Below, one piece after another: positions 49,749 to 64,000 of a DNA stretch of 64,000 bases. Under the pieces are notes generated by a model. It saw only the letters and a list, made by a program, of their open reading frames with translations, did no database searches and was not told the DNA's origin. This DNA is from Octopus sinensis (lineage: Eukaryota): contig NC_043009.1 in the NCBI RefSeq assembly GCF_006345805.1, positions 30,318,001-30,382,000 on the forward strand, written 5' to 3'. Made by a program: the position numbers and the translations under genes. Position 1 is the stretch's first letter; every line of letters starts with the position of its first letter.

Positions 49749-50999
49749 ATATATTATATATGCATATATTATATATACATACATCATATATATATATATA
49801 CTATACACACACACACACACACATATGCATATATACATAATGCTTACAACCAACAACTTACATTCCCATTCCCATTCCCATACCGTCTGGCCAATAAAAA
49901 TGAAACAAGTAACAAAATGTGCATGAAAAAACTTACAATGCTTACCAAACGGTTTTAGTCAGATATGTTAACAAACAAACTGTACCTATTTCATTGAGTG
50001 ACTTTTGAATTGACAAGAAAGCAACATTCATGATTGCTGTCGTTTATTGCGGCTGTCGTGGTGACTGTATTATATATATTCTGGCGTTGAAAGGACAAGT
50101 TTAAGTTATATAATAAGCTTACTAACTGACAGAATCAATAAGCTGTCATATTGGAAATGACTTTTTCAACGAACGAGTCCTATTCTTCTTTTTTCATCAT
50201 CGTCCTCATCATCGTCATAGCCATCGTCGTCATCACCATCAGCGTCATCACCATCATTATTATTAGTAGTAGTAGTATTGTTACTTTAATTATTATAATC
50301 ATTATTGTTGTTCCTGTTGTTGTTAAGGCAGCGAGCTTGCAGAATCGTTAGCACACCAGGTGAATTTCTCAGCGGTATTTCCTCCGTATTTGCATTCTAA
50401 GTTCAAGTAGCAACGTGGTTGACTTTGCTTATCATCTTTACATAGTCCATAAAACAAGTACCAGTTATACACTGGGGTCGATGTAATCGACGTACCTCTA
50501 CCCCAAAATTTGTTGGCCTTATGCCAACATTTAAAACCATAGTTAATTTTTCTGATGCTACGCGAGGTGGATGCTGTATCCGTTTTGAATATATTTGTTT
50601 TATTGAGCCAAAGCCTTGCGAATAAAAGTATTTTCTAACCGTCATACCTGTTCGTACACTGCATTCAGAACTTTCCCGAAAATCTTCCTGAATATAATAA
50701 ACACGTTTTCTATGTCCAATTTAATATTAAGATCAATTTCTCCAACATTTACTCTCAAATAATTTGACGCTTCTCTAAAGTCCTAAAGACAATTAACAGA
50801 TTGCACGTAGACACCGCCACCATCACATCATAGTCCTCCCAATCATCATCATCATCGTCATCGTCTTTTCTTCTTGTGTGTATTTATGTGTGTACTTTTG
50901 TTTTGCTTATGCATGTACATTTTCAACACCAAGTTTCTAGTTGGAGCTTTGTACCATTCCCAGATGGAGACGCATAGCAAATTTTTCTCTCTACATCAC

Positions 51000-51600
51000 T
51001 GTTCACTTTCTCTTCTTACGTGGCGTATGTTCTATCTAATGTCCATTCTCCTTGTTTGCAGAAAGTTTTATTTTCTGAGTTCTGTATACACGCTCACCGA
51101 CATCAAGCAACTCTCTTATTTATCGAGGAACATTTCCCCTGCGAAAGTTAACTTTTCTCTTTCCTGATCGAAAACAGAATCCATTTGGCGGACGTATTAG
51201 CCCTAGTGGTCGTAAATCAAGAGTTACCTTGTTACCAAAGTTTGATTTGAAAATATTTGAAGACTAATTCTGTCACAAAACTTCAATTGCTTACAGCGAC
51301 AAATATGGTGTTCCCAAACATGTACATTTAAATTCACTAACATTGATAGCTTGATCACATTCGTTTGTTTTTGAGACAGGCGACAAGACACCCTCATGGA
51401 AATTGCCTATTTGTTCATCAGCAAGTTCTGCTGATGGTGCATATGTAGCGATTACAATTTCTGTCGGGAACAATTAATTATTCTCTCACGTACGAGCATC
51501 CTCAGTGTATTGCTTCCTCTCACAACAAGTATACCGACCCCACTAATGGCAGTGATGTCACCCAGATATAGGGGGCTGAATGGGAAACGCAGGGGAGAAA
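51000..51600 (-). mobile_element. Degraded LINE apurinic-endonuclease (APE) fragment, RTE-like
   Basis: Minus: GVGILVVR...ERII; IATYAPSAELADEQIGNFHE...DQAINVSEF (xQVYAPT...GDFN-like). Confidence 0.7.
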
Positions 51601-51775
51601 AATTTTCTTCTAACTTCTGCTCCAAGTGTGTAGAACGTATCCATAGATTCGAAAGGATCTAAGGACCCAAAACATAAGCATACCACATGTACATACATAC
51701 ATATAAAAATAGATACGCATATCTACACATATAAATATATGTATACAATGTGTGTGTGTGTGTGTGTACAATGTA

Positions 51776-51832
<57 letters not shown>

Positions 51833-51839
51833 GTGTGTT

Positions 51840-51870
<31 letters not shown>

Positions 51871-51895
51871 TCTGTTTATACATATATATATATAC

Positions 51896-52066
51896 AGGCG
51901 TAAGAGTGGCGGGTGGTAAGTAGCTTGCTTATCAACCACATGGTCCTGGGTTCAGTCCCACTGCGTGGCACCTTGGGTAAGTGTCTTCTACTATAGCCTC
52001 TGGCCGACCAAGGCCTTGTGAGTGGATTTGGTAGACGGAAACTGAAAGAAGCCCATCGTATATATG

Positions 52067-52103
<37 letters not shown>

Positions 52104-52325
52104 CTGTTTGTGTGTCTGCGTTTGTCCTCCCAACATGGCTTGACAACCGATGCTGGTGTGTTTACGTCCTCGTAACTTAGCGGTTCGGCAAAAGAGACCG
52201 ATAGAATAAGTACTAGGCTTCCAAAGAATAAGTCCTGGGGTCGATTTGCTCGACTAAAGGTGGTGCTCCAGCATGGCCACAGTCAAATGACTGAAACAAG
52301 TAAAAGAGTAAAAGAGTAAAGAGTA
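51896..52325 (+). mobile_element. Full-length CORE-type tRNA SINE (OR-like)
   Basis: GGCGTAAGAGTGGCGGGTGGTAAG A-box, GGGTTCAGTCCC B-box, CORE-like GCACCTTGGGTAAGTGTCTTC, internal TA/TG repeat, (GTAAAAGA)n tail. Confidence 0.92.
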
Positions 52326-52946
52326 TATATATATATATATATATATATACTTTATTAATAAAGCTGCAAAGACTTTGCCAAAGCGTTTACTCAGGAACGG
52401 GAACATGAAAGTCTGAGTAACAGTTTTTGTGACGTCTTTGACTCTTTATCAATAAAGCATATTGCTCTATCTCCAGTATTCGAGTACTATTTTCTCCACC
52501 TTATTTCACTTTTATATGCTTACTCTGGTATACGTGTGTATGTGTTTATGTATATACATATATACGCACATTTATTATATACATACATATAGACATGCTT
52601 AAATACAAATATGTGTGCGCGAACACACGTGTCCTCGTGATAATGGTGTTGAACGCACAGTGACAAGGTCGTGGTTTACATTCGAAAACCATGATGGTAA
52701 CACTTTTACATTACTCGAGTCAACACAGCTGGAGATATATACCAGTAAGAGCTGGGAGGCGGGGTGATAGATTTCTCTTCTGTGGGGGAAGCTATATTAG
52801 TTTTAGTTGCTTTGATGCTACGGAGATATGATTAACATAGGCCTATGCCAGTAATCTCGAGGCGGACACACCCATACAAACACGCATATATACACATACA
52901 TATATATATATACATGTAGATTTATCGGTATATGCATATATATACA

Positions 52947-52998
<52 letters not shown>

Positions 52999-53515
52999 CG
53001 TACATATATGTTTATATATACACATGCATATATATATATATATATTATATATATATATATACATACAAATATATGTTTATATATACACATGCATATATAC
53101 ATATATATATATATATGTCTTATAATATTATATTTCATTTCCATTTTGTAGCACTCACTAATTGTAAATCATACCATTCAGAAAATTTACAAGATAAAAT
53201 AAAATATTAGAAATAATAAAAAAACAAATGCACCAAAATAAAACATTAAAAAATACATCAAAACAAATAGTGAATAATTTGTAAGAGTCAGCCAGTCATT
53301 ACTGGATTAATTTTTGATTATATATTGGACAGCGAATAAAATTAATATTTATTTTTTTCCTCCGATATTTTTTTACCTTTTTATGCTTATTATTTTGGGG
53401 TTTTTAAAAATTTTTTTTTTCTCGTTCGTTAATGACAAATTATTGATTTTTTATTAATTTTTAAAAGATTTCATTATTATTATTATTATTATTATCAATA
53501 TCATTGTTAATATCA

Positions 53516-53594
<79 letters not shown>

Positions 53595-53757
53595 TTTGAA
53601 TTTTTTGCCATTCAATGAGGATCTGCTTATACAATTATCAATTTAATTTTGTTACATTAATTTATTGACAACTTTTTTATTTTTGTTTTTAAATTTTTCT
53701 TTTCTTTTCCGACAAGCGCTGAGTGAATAGTTTTCACAACTATCTGCATTATTATTA

Positions 53758-53802
<45 letters not shown>

Positions 53803-55371
53803 CACCATCATCATCATCATCATTATTATTAATATTATTATTACTCTCATTGCCACCGTTTCCATCCTAAATGTCAACAGGATTTTTTAATCGAAGCTAA
53901 AAGAATACCGAAAATAAAGAATTCCAATGAAACAAGCATAAAAGAAATCATTTATCATTGCAGTTATCACTTTCATCAACAGCCTACTCACACATATTCT
54001 TCTTTACAACCGTCAATTATATTTCATTGGTCTATCTCCTAATTAATATTCTATTAATTGATATCATTATACCTTTTGTGTTCGATGACACAGTTTGTCA
54101 AATACTTCTTCTTGTGGTTTCATTTTGTCCTCCAGATGCCAAGAAAGGAAATTGTTATCTTTTCTCCCATCTTTCCTGCTCTCATGCCTAGCTCGTGAAC
54201 TGTAACAGTCGAGTTATTATCTTCCTCCATCACTTACCTATCAACTTATCTGTTATTGTCCATCACATCGTGATCTTTCTCCTCATCAAACTGATTCTCA
54301 CCGACGCCCGCCTAATGTCCCCCCTCATATAATTTAAGCCACATTTTTTTCACCGTCGTCACTTTCATCGTCATGAAAAACTCTCTCCGTCTTTATTATT
54401 ATCTTCATCGTCATTATCACTACCACCACCACTAAGATACAACAGCCATGGTCTGTCACCACTTCATCATAGGCCTCTCATCCACATCAACCCTCCACCA
54501 ACGCAAGTGACATCTTCGTCACCATTGTCCCTATTATCAATGAATATCACAATTTCATTTTTTAAGATTATTCCTTCCTTACACTCTTATTTTCTTTCTT
54601 CTTAATCCGTGCAATTATATCCTACTTTTAAATTTGTTTATTTATTTTGCTACCATTATCTTTATCACTGTCATACCCTCAGTAATTTCCTCAATGATAA
54701 AATTCTTCAAATTCTATAGATAAAGATATCGTAATTGATACCATTCCTGCTTACCACACATAATATCTCCATGTTGAAATCACGCTCTTAACTGCCGCTA
54801 TTCAGAAATTTTATTATTTATTTACTTCCTTTTTATTTTAGTTTCTTAAATATTCTTAACAAACAATTCATAGCCATGGTGTCGAAATGAAGGGGTGAAA
54901 TCTATTTTGTCAAATTATCATTACAAAATTGTTTTAGTTCTATATTAAAATAAAAATAAAAAAAGGAAAGATTAAGTTATAAAGAATAGAATGCAATAAA
55001 AATGATATAAAATAAAAACAGGTGTACAGCAATTTTCTTTATGATAATTGCATTTTAATTGCTGCTACTATAGCTTTCCAAATATAATTCCACGCTAACA
55101 TTAGATTGAGCAGCTTTCAGAGACTGAGGTATCGCGTTTTGTACAAGCAATTTTTACAGAATTTTTAATCTTGAAATTCAGTGTAAGGACAAAGAAAGCT
55201 GATCATGGCTATTCTAAATATTCTTAGTCAGAGATACAGGAAAAACTGGCTAACTGTAACACAGCTTATATTTAACGAAAAAATTTAAAATCAGACAACA
55301 TTGATATTGGCCTGTAATCAAAGTTCCAAGAATGCTTGAAAAAGAAAAAAAGAAAGAAATACGTGCAAATG

Positions 55372-55750
55372 CAGGTGTTTGGTTGAGAAGTTCGCTTTGC
55401 AACTCTGTCGTTCCAGATTCAGTTTCACAGCGCAGCGCCTCTGGCAAATATTCTCTACTCAAACTCTGGACCGATGAATGATTTATGAGAGAATTTAATA
55501 GATGTAAATTCTATGGAAGCTGGTCATATATGTGTATGTGTCAGAACAGGCGTTGATTTCTTTAGACTGTTACAAAATAGCGATCAAGCAAATGAGACAG
55601 ATGAGTACGAAACTTAAAAAATAAGTACGAGGAGAGGGTGAATCGATAAATAAAAAATAAGTACGTGGTGCGGGTGTTCAGCTAAGACCTCTGAAGACAT
55701 TGTCTCAAGATGGCCGCAGTTCAATGGTTGAAGCAAATTAAATGTAAACA
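55372..55750 (+). mobile_element. Old degraded CORE-type SINE
   Basis: GGTGTTTGGTTGAGAAGTTCGCTTTGCAAC head; GATGGCCGCAGTTCAATGG tail. Confidence 0.6.
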
Positions 55751-56094
55751 GTAACAATAGAATAGCATTAGATTTGTGTTTCTAGTTCGGCGTTCTGAGT
55801 TTAAATACCATCGAAGTCTCTTCCGAATTTCATCTTTTTGGAGATGGTAAAAGATGTTGCTGCACAAGACATTCGATGAGTAGGAATGTTCGAGTTTGGA
55901 AAGTGATGCATTGGAGTGTCACTTCTTTCACTTTGTGTATTAGGTTCAATTTTCTACATCAGATCATCGCTTTATTCATGACGGGAAATGATACTTTAGG
56001 TATCCAGCTTAGAATATAATCACTACAACATAATGCGGAGAAAGAAACGCTAGTAAAAATTTTTACGTAACTAATTATCTTTTTATCTATCGGT

Positions 56095-56132
56095 CTGTGT
56101 ATGTATGTATGTAGACAGACAGACAGATAGAC

Positions 56133-56201
<69 letters not shown>

Positions 56202-56250
56202 GAGAGAGAGAGATAGTTAGTTAGATAAATAGATAGATATATATATATAT

Positions 56251-56315
<65 letters not shown>

Positions 56316-56330
56316 AAGAGAGATAGATAG
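56095..56330. repeat. (AGAC)n/(AGAT)n/(AG)n microsatellite
   Basis: Direct inspection. Confidence 0.95.
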
Positions 56331-57827
56331 AAAAAACTTACTTGGAAGAGGATGCGTGGCGTACAATCATATAATAATATAAATTATATATATGCATATG
56401 TACATACATATGTGTACATACTTTCATTTATACGTACATATATATGCATATGTGGGCACAGGACGTCACGAAACGTGTACCTCCCTTGCTCATGTGGCTC
56501 CCACGTGACCATCGACCATTTTCCTTTCTTTCTCTCCGTTGTAGCTGGAACAAGGAAGACGTGTTCTTGTTTGTCTCCTCTCCTAGCTTGATCTACGCGT
56601 TCGCCACTACTACCTCGTTTAGGCTTAGTACCCCTTCCTGTTTGTTTTCACTGTCCTGTTTGCGTTACCGGTTTTGACCCTCCGCAAAATCCCAATTTTT
56701 ATTTAATTTGCTTTGCTGGAGCAACTGTTTTATCGAAAGTGTATGTTGTTGTTAAATGCACGAAATACGAGACTAGAAAAACAACTAACGACTGATTAAG
56801 GGTCGTCCTTTGTGTTGCTTGTTTTGTTTTCCGTTTGTGCCTTTCGTTATTCGAAAGAATAGTTCATGTACTTGTGCTTTGTATTTTTTTGTTATATACT
56901 TTTCGTGACGTTCTGTGCTAACATATGCACATATATATATATATATACTTATAGAAGTAAGTATGTACATATGCGTATACATATATACATTATTATTTCT
57001 AAATCTCTTAAAGAGAGATATTCAGTAAGGGTCTTTTAAAGTAAAGACTATTTGTCAACATAATGTGGCTGTCCTGGAAGGGACAAATGTTACTGTTGTT
57101 TAACCCCGGGAAGCATTGTTTCCAGCTGACTGTACGACTTAATATATGTGTCCTTGTATTTTCGAACAGGGCGCCCAGTACGCCCATTCAGCACAAAGCA
57201 AAATCTGTGGACCGATTTATATATAAGATGGACTCTCTCGTTGTTTTCGACGTATGAGTGGCCCGAAAGCGTACCCTTTCTTGATCAGCCACAATGCTTA
57301 TGTCTAATGTGACGATTTGTAAAGAGGACCACAGTGTTTCTATAAAGTTCGAGCTTAAAAGGAGTTATTTGTGATACACAGTATAAATAGGGGTATCTTA
57401 TAATCCTGGTGTTACTTTATTTGATGGAATGCGTATATGAATAAATCACATTTACCCTAATAATTTGTGTAAGTGTAAGTAGTGTCATCTTTCTTTAAGT
57501 TACTATGGTTATGAAGCAACATATACCATCTTGATATTTGACAAATGAAATCAGATAGAAAAGTGGGAGAAACGCTATTAGTAACAGCCATAGAAATCTT
57601 GTTCTGATATTTTACCTTCAGAGTAATACAAGTTACGGGAACACTGCTTGTAATGTCCTGACATTTCCTCAAAGAAGATATATATTCCATTATCATGCTT
57701 CTGGCAAATTAAGTTACATCTTGGTAATTATATAGCCGAAAGGGTTTTTTTTCGAACATTACTTTATCTTGCAAAAACAAAATTTATATGATATACATAT
57801 GAAGAAAATCATATGTACTTCTATATA

Positions 57828-57916
<89 letters not shown>

Positions 57917-58451
57917 GTGTGTGTATACATATATATGTATATATATATATATGAATATATATATATATGTATATGTGTATATAATCATATATACACACAA
58001 ATACACACAATGACATAAACACTAACGTACGCACGCGCGCGCATATAGCTGAATTTCAATTTCTATAATTCTAGAATAAAATTAGCTGATTTTTGTGATT
58101 TTTGCATTCGTCTTCTCGAAGCACACACACACACATAAATATATATATGAACACGTAAATATATATACATGAACACACGCACATACACATACACATAAAT
58201 ATATATACATGGAGGTATGTGCGTCTATGCACATTTGGTTTGGGTCTGCGTGTGCATCGCCGGGCTACTTGCGTTTTTTCTTGGTGTCTTGTACATACAA
58301 GATCACAAGTCTCGTGAATGAGAAGTCTTATAATCTTTCTAAAAGATTATCCATAGCCATCTGAACGATACGGTATATACTCAATAGCTATATAATTCCA
58401 AGGAAAGTCCGTATTTCTAAAATAATAGGCCTTGTGTACTTATTGTATATG

Positions 58452-58505
<54 letters not shown>

Positions 58506-58598
58506 ATATGTAGAGTTTCCGAAAAAAACAAAGGACGAAGACAGGTGGTGTACAAAACAAACAGATGTATTTATATAACGCTCAGGAATAGAAAAAGT

Positions 58599-58634
58599 CT
58601 TTTACATTTCGAGCCTACGCTCTTCTACAAAAAG
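58599..58634 (-). ncRNA. Minimal hammerhead-like motif with variant core (family C2)
   Basis: Minus: CTTT TTGTAGA A GAGC-GTAG-GCTC GAAA TG TA AAAG; flanks homologous to 29740-29860. Confidence 0.45.
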
Positions 58635-58789
58635 GGACACAGATATATATATGTGTGTGTGTGTCTGTGTGTATGTGTTTGTGTGTATGTGTGTTTGTGT
58701 GAGTGTATAAGTAATCCAAACATGAAAACACAACAACGCGAGGACGTGGAACAAGTATAATATTATTGGACACTCAGGAAAGAAGGAAA

Positions 58790-58836
<47 letters not shown>

Positions 58837-58845
58837 TATATATAT

Positions 58846-58877
<32 letters not shown>

Positions 58878-58899
58878 CATACACACACACACACATAGA

Positions 58900-58953
<54 letters not shown>

Positions 58954-60449
58954 CATACACACACACACACACATATAGATATATGTATACATATATATAT
59001 ATGTATGTATGTATATGTCTGTATATATACATATATACATAACTGCATGTATACAGAGAGAGAGAGAGAAGAAAGAAAGAAAGAGAGTGAGAGAGAGACA
59101 AATATATATATATATTCATAAATATGTACGTATTCATATATATATATATATATATATTACGTATGTACATATGTAGTATTCCAGTATATTTGTATGTATA
59201 TACAACCTTGGCTTCACCGTTTCTTTGAGTTATTCTTAAGTACGTGTGAGTGTGTAAGTTGTATGTGTTATGTTTACGTATATTTTAAGCATGACTGCAT
59301 TCGTTCTAAATCTCTTTAAGTCATTAACTTGTGAGGAATATGACACAAATCAAACAACTTACATGAAACAAAGTTAGTTTCCAAGTGTTTCATAAAGTCG
59401 TCAAACAATTTTCGAAATTGTCATTAAAAAATTAGTGGATTATTTACATCAGAAACGAATTCATGAATGTATTTAATTCTACATATAAAACAAACAACAG
59501 TTATAACATTGATAGCTTTTCCTTTTGTATTCTTTTATTCTTTGTGTAATGTTTTTTTTTCCTCAAATATAATACGCACCATCATTATTACGATTTGCAC
59601 GGTTATATTATTATACAATTGTTTTTACTGTTTCTTTTTTTATTTCCTTTGTTTCCTTTATTTTGTTTGTGTATTTCCTCTTCATCTGCATTTTATTTTA
59701 TTTTATTTTATTTTTGCATCTCTGCTGCGGATAGTTTAGCAGCTGTCTTTGATGCCTCGCATTGTCTAGACGAAATTATTAAGAAGCTCTCCGGGTTTTC
59801 GTTTTGAAGTTTCTCCACTTGATTAATTTGCTGTCATAATGAATTAATAAAACCTACTAATTGCTAAATCAATTAAACTGCAAAGTCAATATTCGTACAC
59901 AACACATATGGATGTAAACATGTTCACATATATACAAATGTGCGTATATACACAATAAATATATACGTATACTTACATATATATGTGTGTAGGTAAATAA
60001 ATGTATACACACTCACAAACACACAATCGTATATCCAGTTGTACTTTCGCAATGACTTACCACGTGAATGTTGTCTGTTCTCCTTTGATTTACATTTTTC
60101 CTTTGATTTACATTTACCACTTTATATCGCCCAATTATTTCTACCATGCTGGCATGAGTTAGACATATAGCCATCTACTGTTTTGCCTAATAGCCAATAA
60201 ACTACCCACAGAGTGCAACTCAGAAAGCTATCTACTTTGGCTTTTTTGGCATCAATCTCTGTATGCTTCGCTGAATTAAATGGAACTTCGAATTTAGTTA
60301 TTAGAATAATATCAATTTTATAATGATTGTTATATAATAGAACCATTTGCAATTAAATAAATATGATAATGAGACTACCATCCATAAGACTGGATACTGG
60401 GTGGGATAAGGCTTCACAGAAAATGTGAAATACTACTGCAATCTTTTGG

Positions 60450-60605
60450 GCGGTGAACTGGCGCACCGAGCGAATGTTCAGCGGTATTTCGTCCGGTATT
60501 AGGTTCTGATTTCAAATTCCGCAGGGGAAAAACTAAGCTTTTCATCCTTTCTGGGTCGAGAAAATAAGTACCAGTTGAGTACTGGGGTCGATATAATCGA
60601 CTTAA
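60450..60605 (+). mobile_element. MetaSINE-like copy
   Basis: GGCGGTGAACTGGC head, TTTCATCCTTTCTGGGTCGAGAAAATAAGTACCAG core. Confidence 0.8.
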
Positions 60606-60886
60606 CACCTGGGCAAGAGTATAAAAACTGCATCCTTCTGCCAAGCCATGTAGCAGAGTAGGCTGATTAGACGGGTGTGATCTGGAGTTGAAACTCATTA
60701 CAGCCTCCATATCACACCGTGGTTGGTGGAGAGAATATGCTGAGGTCTTCGTCCGGCATGGACTGAACATAGGCTATCCAATACAGTTCAATTTATTAAG
60801 CCAATGTGAGAGTCTATACTTGTCGTTTTGTTGGATATAGCTAGGATTCTCATGACTAGAATGGTTTTAATACTAGGTCTGTATAA

Positions 60887-61315
60887 GGCGACGAGCTGGC
60901 AGAAACGTTAGCACTACGTGCGAAATGCTTAACGGTATTTCGTCTGCCGTTACGTTCTGAGTTCAAATTCCGCCGAGGTCGACTTTGCCTTTCATCCTTT
61001 CGGGGTCGATTAAACAAGTACCAGTTACGCACTGGGGTCGATATAATCGACTTAATCCGTTTGTATGTCCTTGTTTGTCCTCTCTGTGTTTAGCCCCTTG
61101 TGGGTAGTAAAGCAATAGGTATTTCGTCTGCCGCTACGTTGAGTTCAAATTCAGAATTTGGTCGACTTTGGTCGAGGTCGACTTTGGTCGAGGTCGACTC
61201 TGCCTTTCATACTTTCGGGTCGATAAATTAAGTACCAGTTGCGTACTGGGGACGATCTAATCGACTGGCCCCCTCCCCCAAAATTTCGAGCCTTTTGCCT
61301 AGAGTAGAAAAGAAT
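60887..61315 (+). mobile_element. Dimeric MetaSINE-like element (head + A unit + B unit)
   Basis: Same head/A/B order as 14005-15105 but with a single A unit; small GGTCGAGGTCGACTTT duplication in the B unit. Confidence 0.9.
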
Positions 61316-62267
61316 ACTGGGTCTGCATGTTTAAGACAATTACTGAAAGTATTCAGTACTTATATTCATCGCTTAATCTTTTAACCTACCATTAATACCC
61401 CGAAAGTATGGTCGTAACGTTCTGTTAACTCCCAAAATTCTTCGATTATGAATAGTCAAGTAAAAGGGCAAAATACCTTAAACTATTTCTCCAGAGCCAT
61501 GAGAGTCTCTCCATGTCGCATGCTTTAGCAGGTTTTCCCCCCTTATAACAGAAGCAAACAATTCCCCATTTATGCAGGTGTACCTACTTCACTTCATTAA
61601 TATTATCCAAGAGATAGTAAAACCAAGGTAACTTGGCAGCAGAGTCATTATACACATTTCTGTTGAATGCAAAGAAACAGAGCAGATACCACAAGACATT
61701 TCATCTAACATTCTAACAAATCTACCAATCTACTATCCTTCGATGGTACTTCATTCATCAAACCTGAAAGAACGTAAGGTAATGTTGACCTCAGCGTGAT
61801 TTGAAATCTGCGAGGCTTCCTATTCGATAATTTAGTAAGTCTGCTCACTGCCTTAAATACTGTCGTTAATACATTTACCACATTCTTTGGGAATATCTGC
61901 AAAATGCTTCATTTGCATGAAAGCTGAGTAAGTTAAGTTATCGGTATCCACGTTACAGCTGTTTTTATCATAAACCGTCATAGATTTATCTTCCTGATTA
62001 CATGTATCATATGAGGAAAGTGGTTAAAGAAACAAGAATATTTCTTATGAAAAATGCATACTTATAATAGATGATTAATAAATAATCCATGATGTTAGAA
62101 AAGATTTTGTTATCAGCACTCGATGGAGTAATTAACTTTTGATCAAACTGAACTCCTGTTCATTTCAAGTTCCGAGTATAAATGCTTCTCAAAATTTTAC
62201 TACACTAAAATGGTCAATCGTCAAATTTAGTTTATAATTTTCCTTGATATCTCTCTTTTATTTTTAC

Positions 62268-62544
62268 GGAAATATCTTAATATAATGTTAACTTTCAATG
62301 ACAATATTTTCCATGTGGTTATCCTATGCGGCTGAGTTGTAAGAATCTTGATTAATACGCAATGCATTTTGTGGTGTATGTCTCCGCGATCAGTACACAA
62401 TTTTGATTGGCCAACTAGATATTCTAAAATGATATTATGTCGTGGATGATACACTCCTTGAAACAATCTCAAAGTTGTGGAATTCATGACATCTGAACCA
62501 GTAGCTTCCAGTGCCAAGCTCAATTCTTCCATCCGTAAAATAAT
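62268..62544 (-). CDS. Candidate coding exon of an unidentified host gene (weak resemblance to a SMYD-type C-terminal TPR region)
   Basis: Acceptor ATTAATTTGTTTCAG at 62545, open non-repetitive frame IILRMEELSLALEATGSDVM...YHPRHNIILEYL...CTDRG, possible donor C|GTAAAA at 62267. Family assignment is speculative. Confidence 0.3.
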
Positions 62545-62594
62545 CTGAAACAAATTAATCTTTAGTCTACGATTTGATTTCAATGCGATTCTAC

Positions 62595-62725
62595 ATATTC
62601 AAATTCCGTCGAGGTCGACTTTGCCTTTCATCCTTTCGGGTCGATAAATTAAATACCAGTTGCGTACTGGGGACGATCTAACCGACTGGTCCCCTCCTCC
62701 AAAATGTCGAGCCTTGTGCTTAGAG
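62595..62725 (+). mobile_element. 5'-truncated MetaSINE-like B unit
   Basis: TTCAAATTCCGTCGAGGTCGACTTTGCCTTTCATCCTTTCGGGTCGATAAATTAAATACCAG. Confidence 0.85.
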
Positions 62726-63592
62726 GTTGTCCCATGAAAATAATACTGCAGCAGTCTATGAAATAGAGATCATATTCCTTGCCGTATGGAATAAATTAAG
62801 TTCGATAACACAGAATTTTCGGTTCGATACTAGAAATATTTTTATGCCGTGATTGTGGGAAGACTATACAGAGGTAGATAATCATCGCCTTCTTTAGGTT
62901 TGATAAAGATTTGAACTCAGAGCCATAAGCTAACAACGTGCCCATCGATTACACAGATCCTTACTGCCGACACCATTTCTCTGTGTTCACAGGTAAGCAG
63001 TATGGACTATAGCCAAGCTAATGCACTTTACCATCTTTCCGCTGTTCTATGAACAATCAACCCTTCAACAAGGTTATCACCCGATCAACTTGGCCAACTG
63101 ACATTCTCGTGCAACGATAGAGATTGTTTGATTGATATCTGCTTTAATATTTCCAGCTCTTTCAATCTAACACTTTACAGACTAGTAGGCATATTTACAC
63201 TCCACTTTGTGATCTGATGCATGTATTTTGATGTATGTTACTTAGAGATTTAATGCAGAGTTCTGTGTTAATCCGTTTTAGATCAACTTATCTATTTCTT
63301 TTATTTGGTAGCTTTATTTATTTGTTATATTACTCAATAGAAAACTGAAAGAAAAGAAAGATACTGGTTTTTGCTTCTTCTTCCTAACTCAGCCTTGTTA
63401 TATTGTTGTAGAATATTCTGCTTCTGGCTTTTATGCACCATCAACATGTAGAAATGCAGTATGGCATTGTTCTAATCGTGCAACATCTACATCTAGTTTT
63501 TCAGTATCTCTCTTCTGACCTCACATACTTAAAAATATATTATGGTTCACTAAGTTTACATACTCACTCCTCCCTTACACAATCTTTCACCC

Positions 63593-63634
<42 letters not shown>

Positions 63635-63771
63635 ATATATCTCTGTGTCTCTATATATATGTATATGTATGTTTATATACATAAAAATATATGTTATGTA
63701 TATATATATAATATATATATATATATGTATATATATGTATATATATATACATACATATATACACGAACATA

Positions 63772-63830
<59 letters not shown>

Positions 63831-63846
63831 AATGCATACACATACA

Positions 63847-63879
<33 letters not shown>

Positions 63880-64000
63880 GCATGTACATATATATATATA
63901 TATATAAACATGTGTGTAAAGCATCTTTGTCTCTTTCCATGGCTCGAATTGAATGAGTGAATAATAGGATTATAAACATTGTTACATATTATCAATATCT

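Noticed and set aside
52385-52425. HHR-like CTCAGGA-ACGGGAACAT-GAAA-GTCTGAG-TA
   Set aside because: G5 is altered and helix I cannot be paired; possibly a fossil but unsupported by a single copy.
57250-57290. TATGAGTGGCCCGAAAGCGTA as a hammerhead
   Set aside because: Core incomplete and helices not formable.

Overview
AT-rich, microsatellite-dense eukaryotic DNA. The SINE/LINE repertoire (CORE-type and Meta-type tRNA SINEs, RTE and CR1 LINEs, Tc1/mariner relics) points to a cephalopod, most likely an octopus (inference). Almost all ORF-track entries are low-complexity artefacts. Recognisable coding content: an intact 506-aa CR1-clade reverse transcriptase (41877-43397, no endonuclease) with a frameshifted sister copy upstream, several RTE and Tc1/mariner fragments, a histone H2B pseudogene on the minus strand (29978-30349, missed by the ORF track) and weak candidate exons of an unidentified minus-strand gene near the right end. 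The most interesting signal is non-coding. About eight type I hammerhead-ribozyme (HHR) folds of the minimal Penelope-like/retrozyme kind occur in several short non-autonomous repeat families, including a tRNA-headed SINE whose tail carries a hammerhead. A cluster of fold-back palindromes (17.4-24.2 kb) involves a Helitron, an RTE 3' end and one of the hammerheads. All folds and alignments were made by eye; no database search was run, so novelty is unverified.
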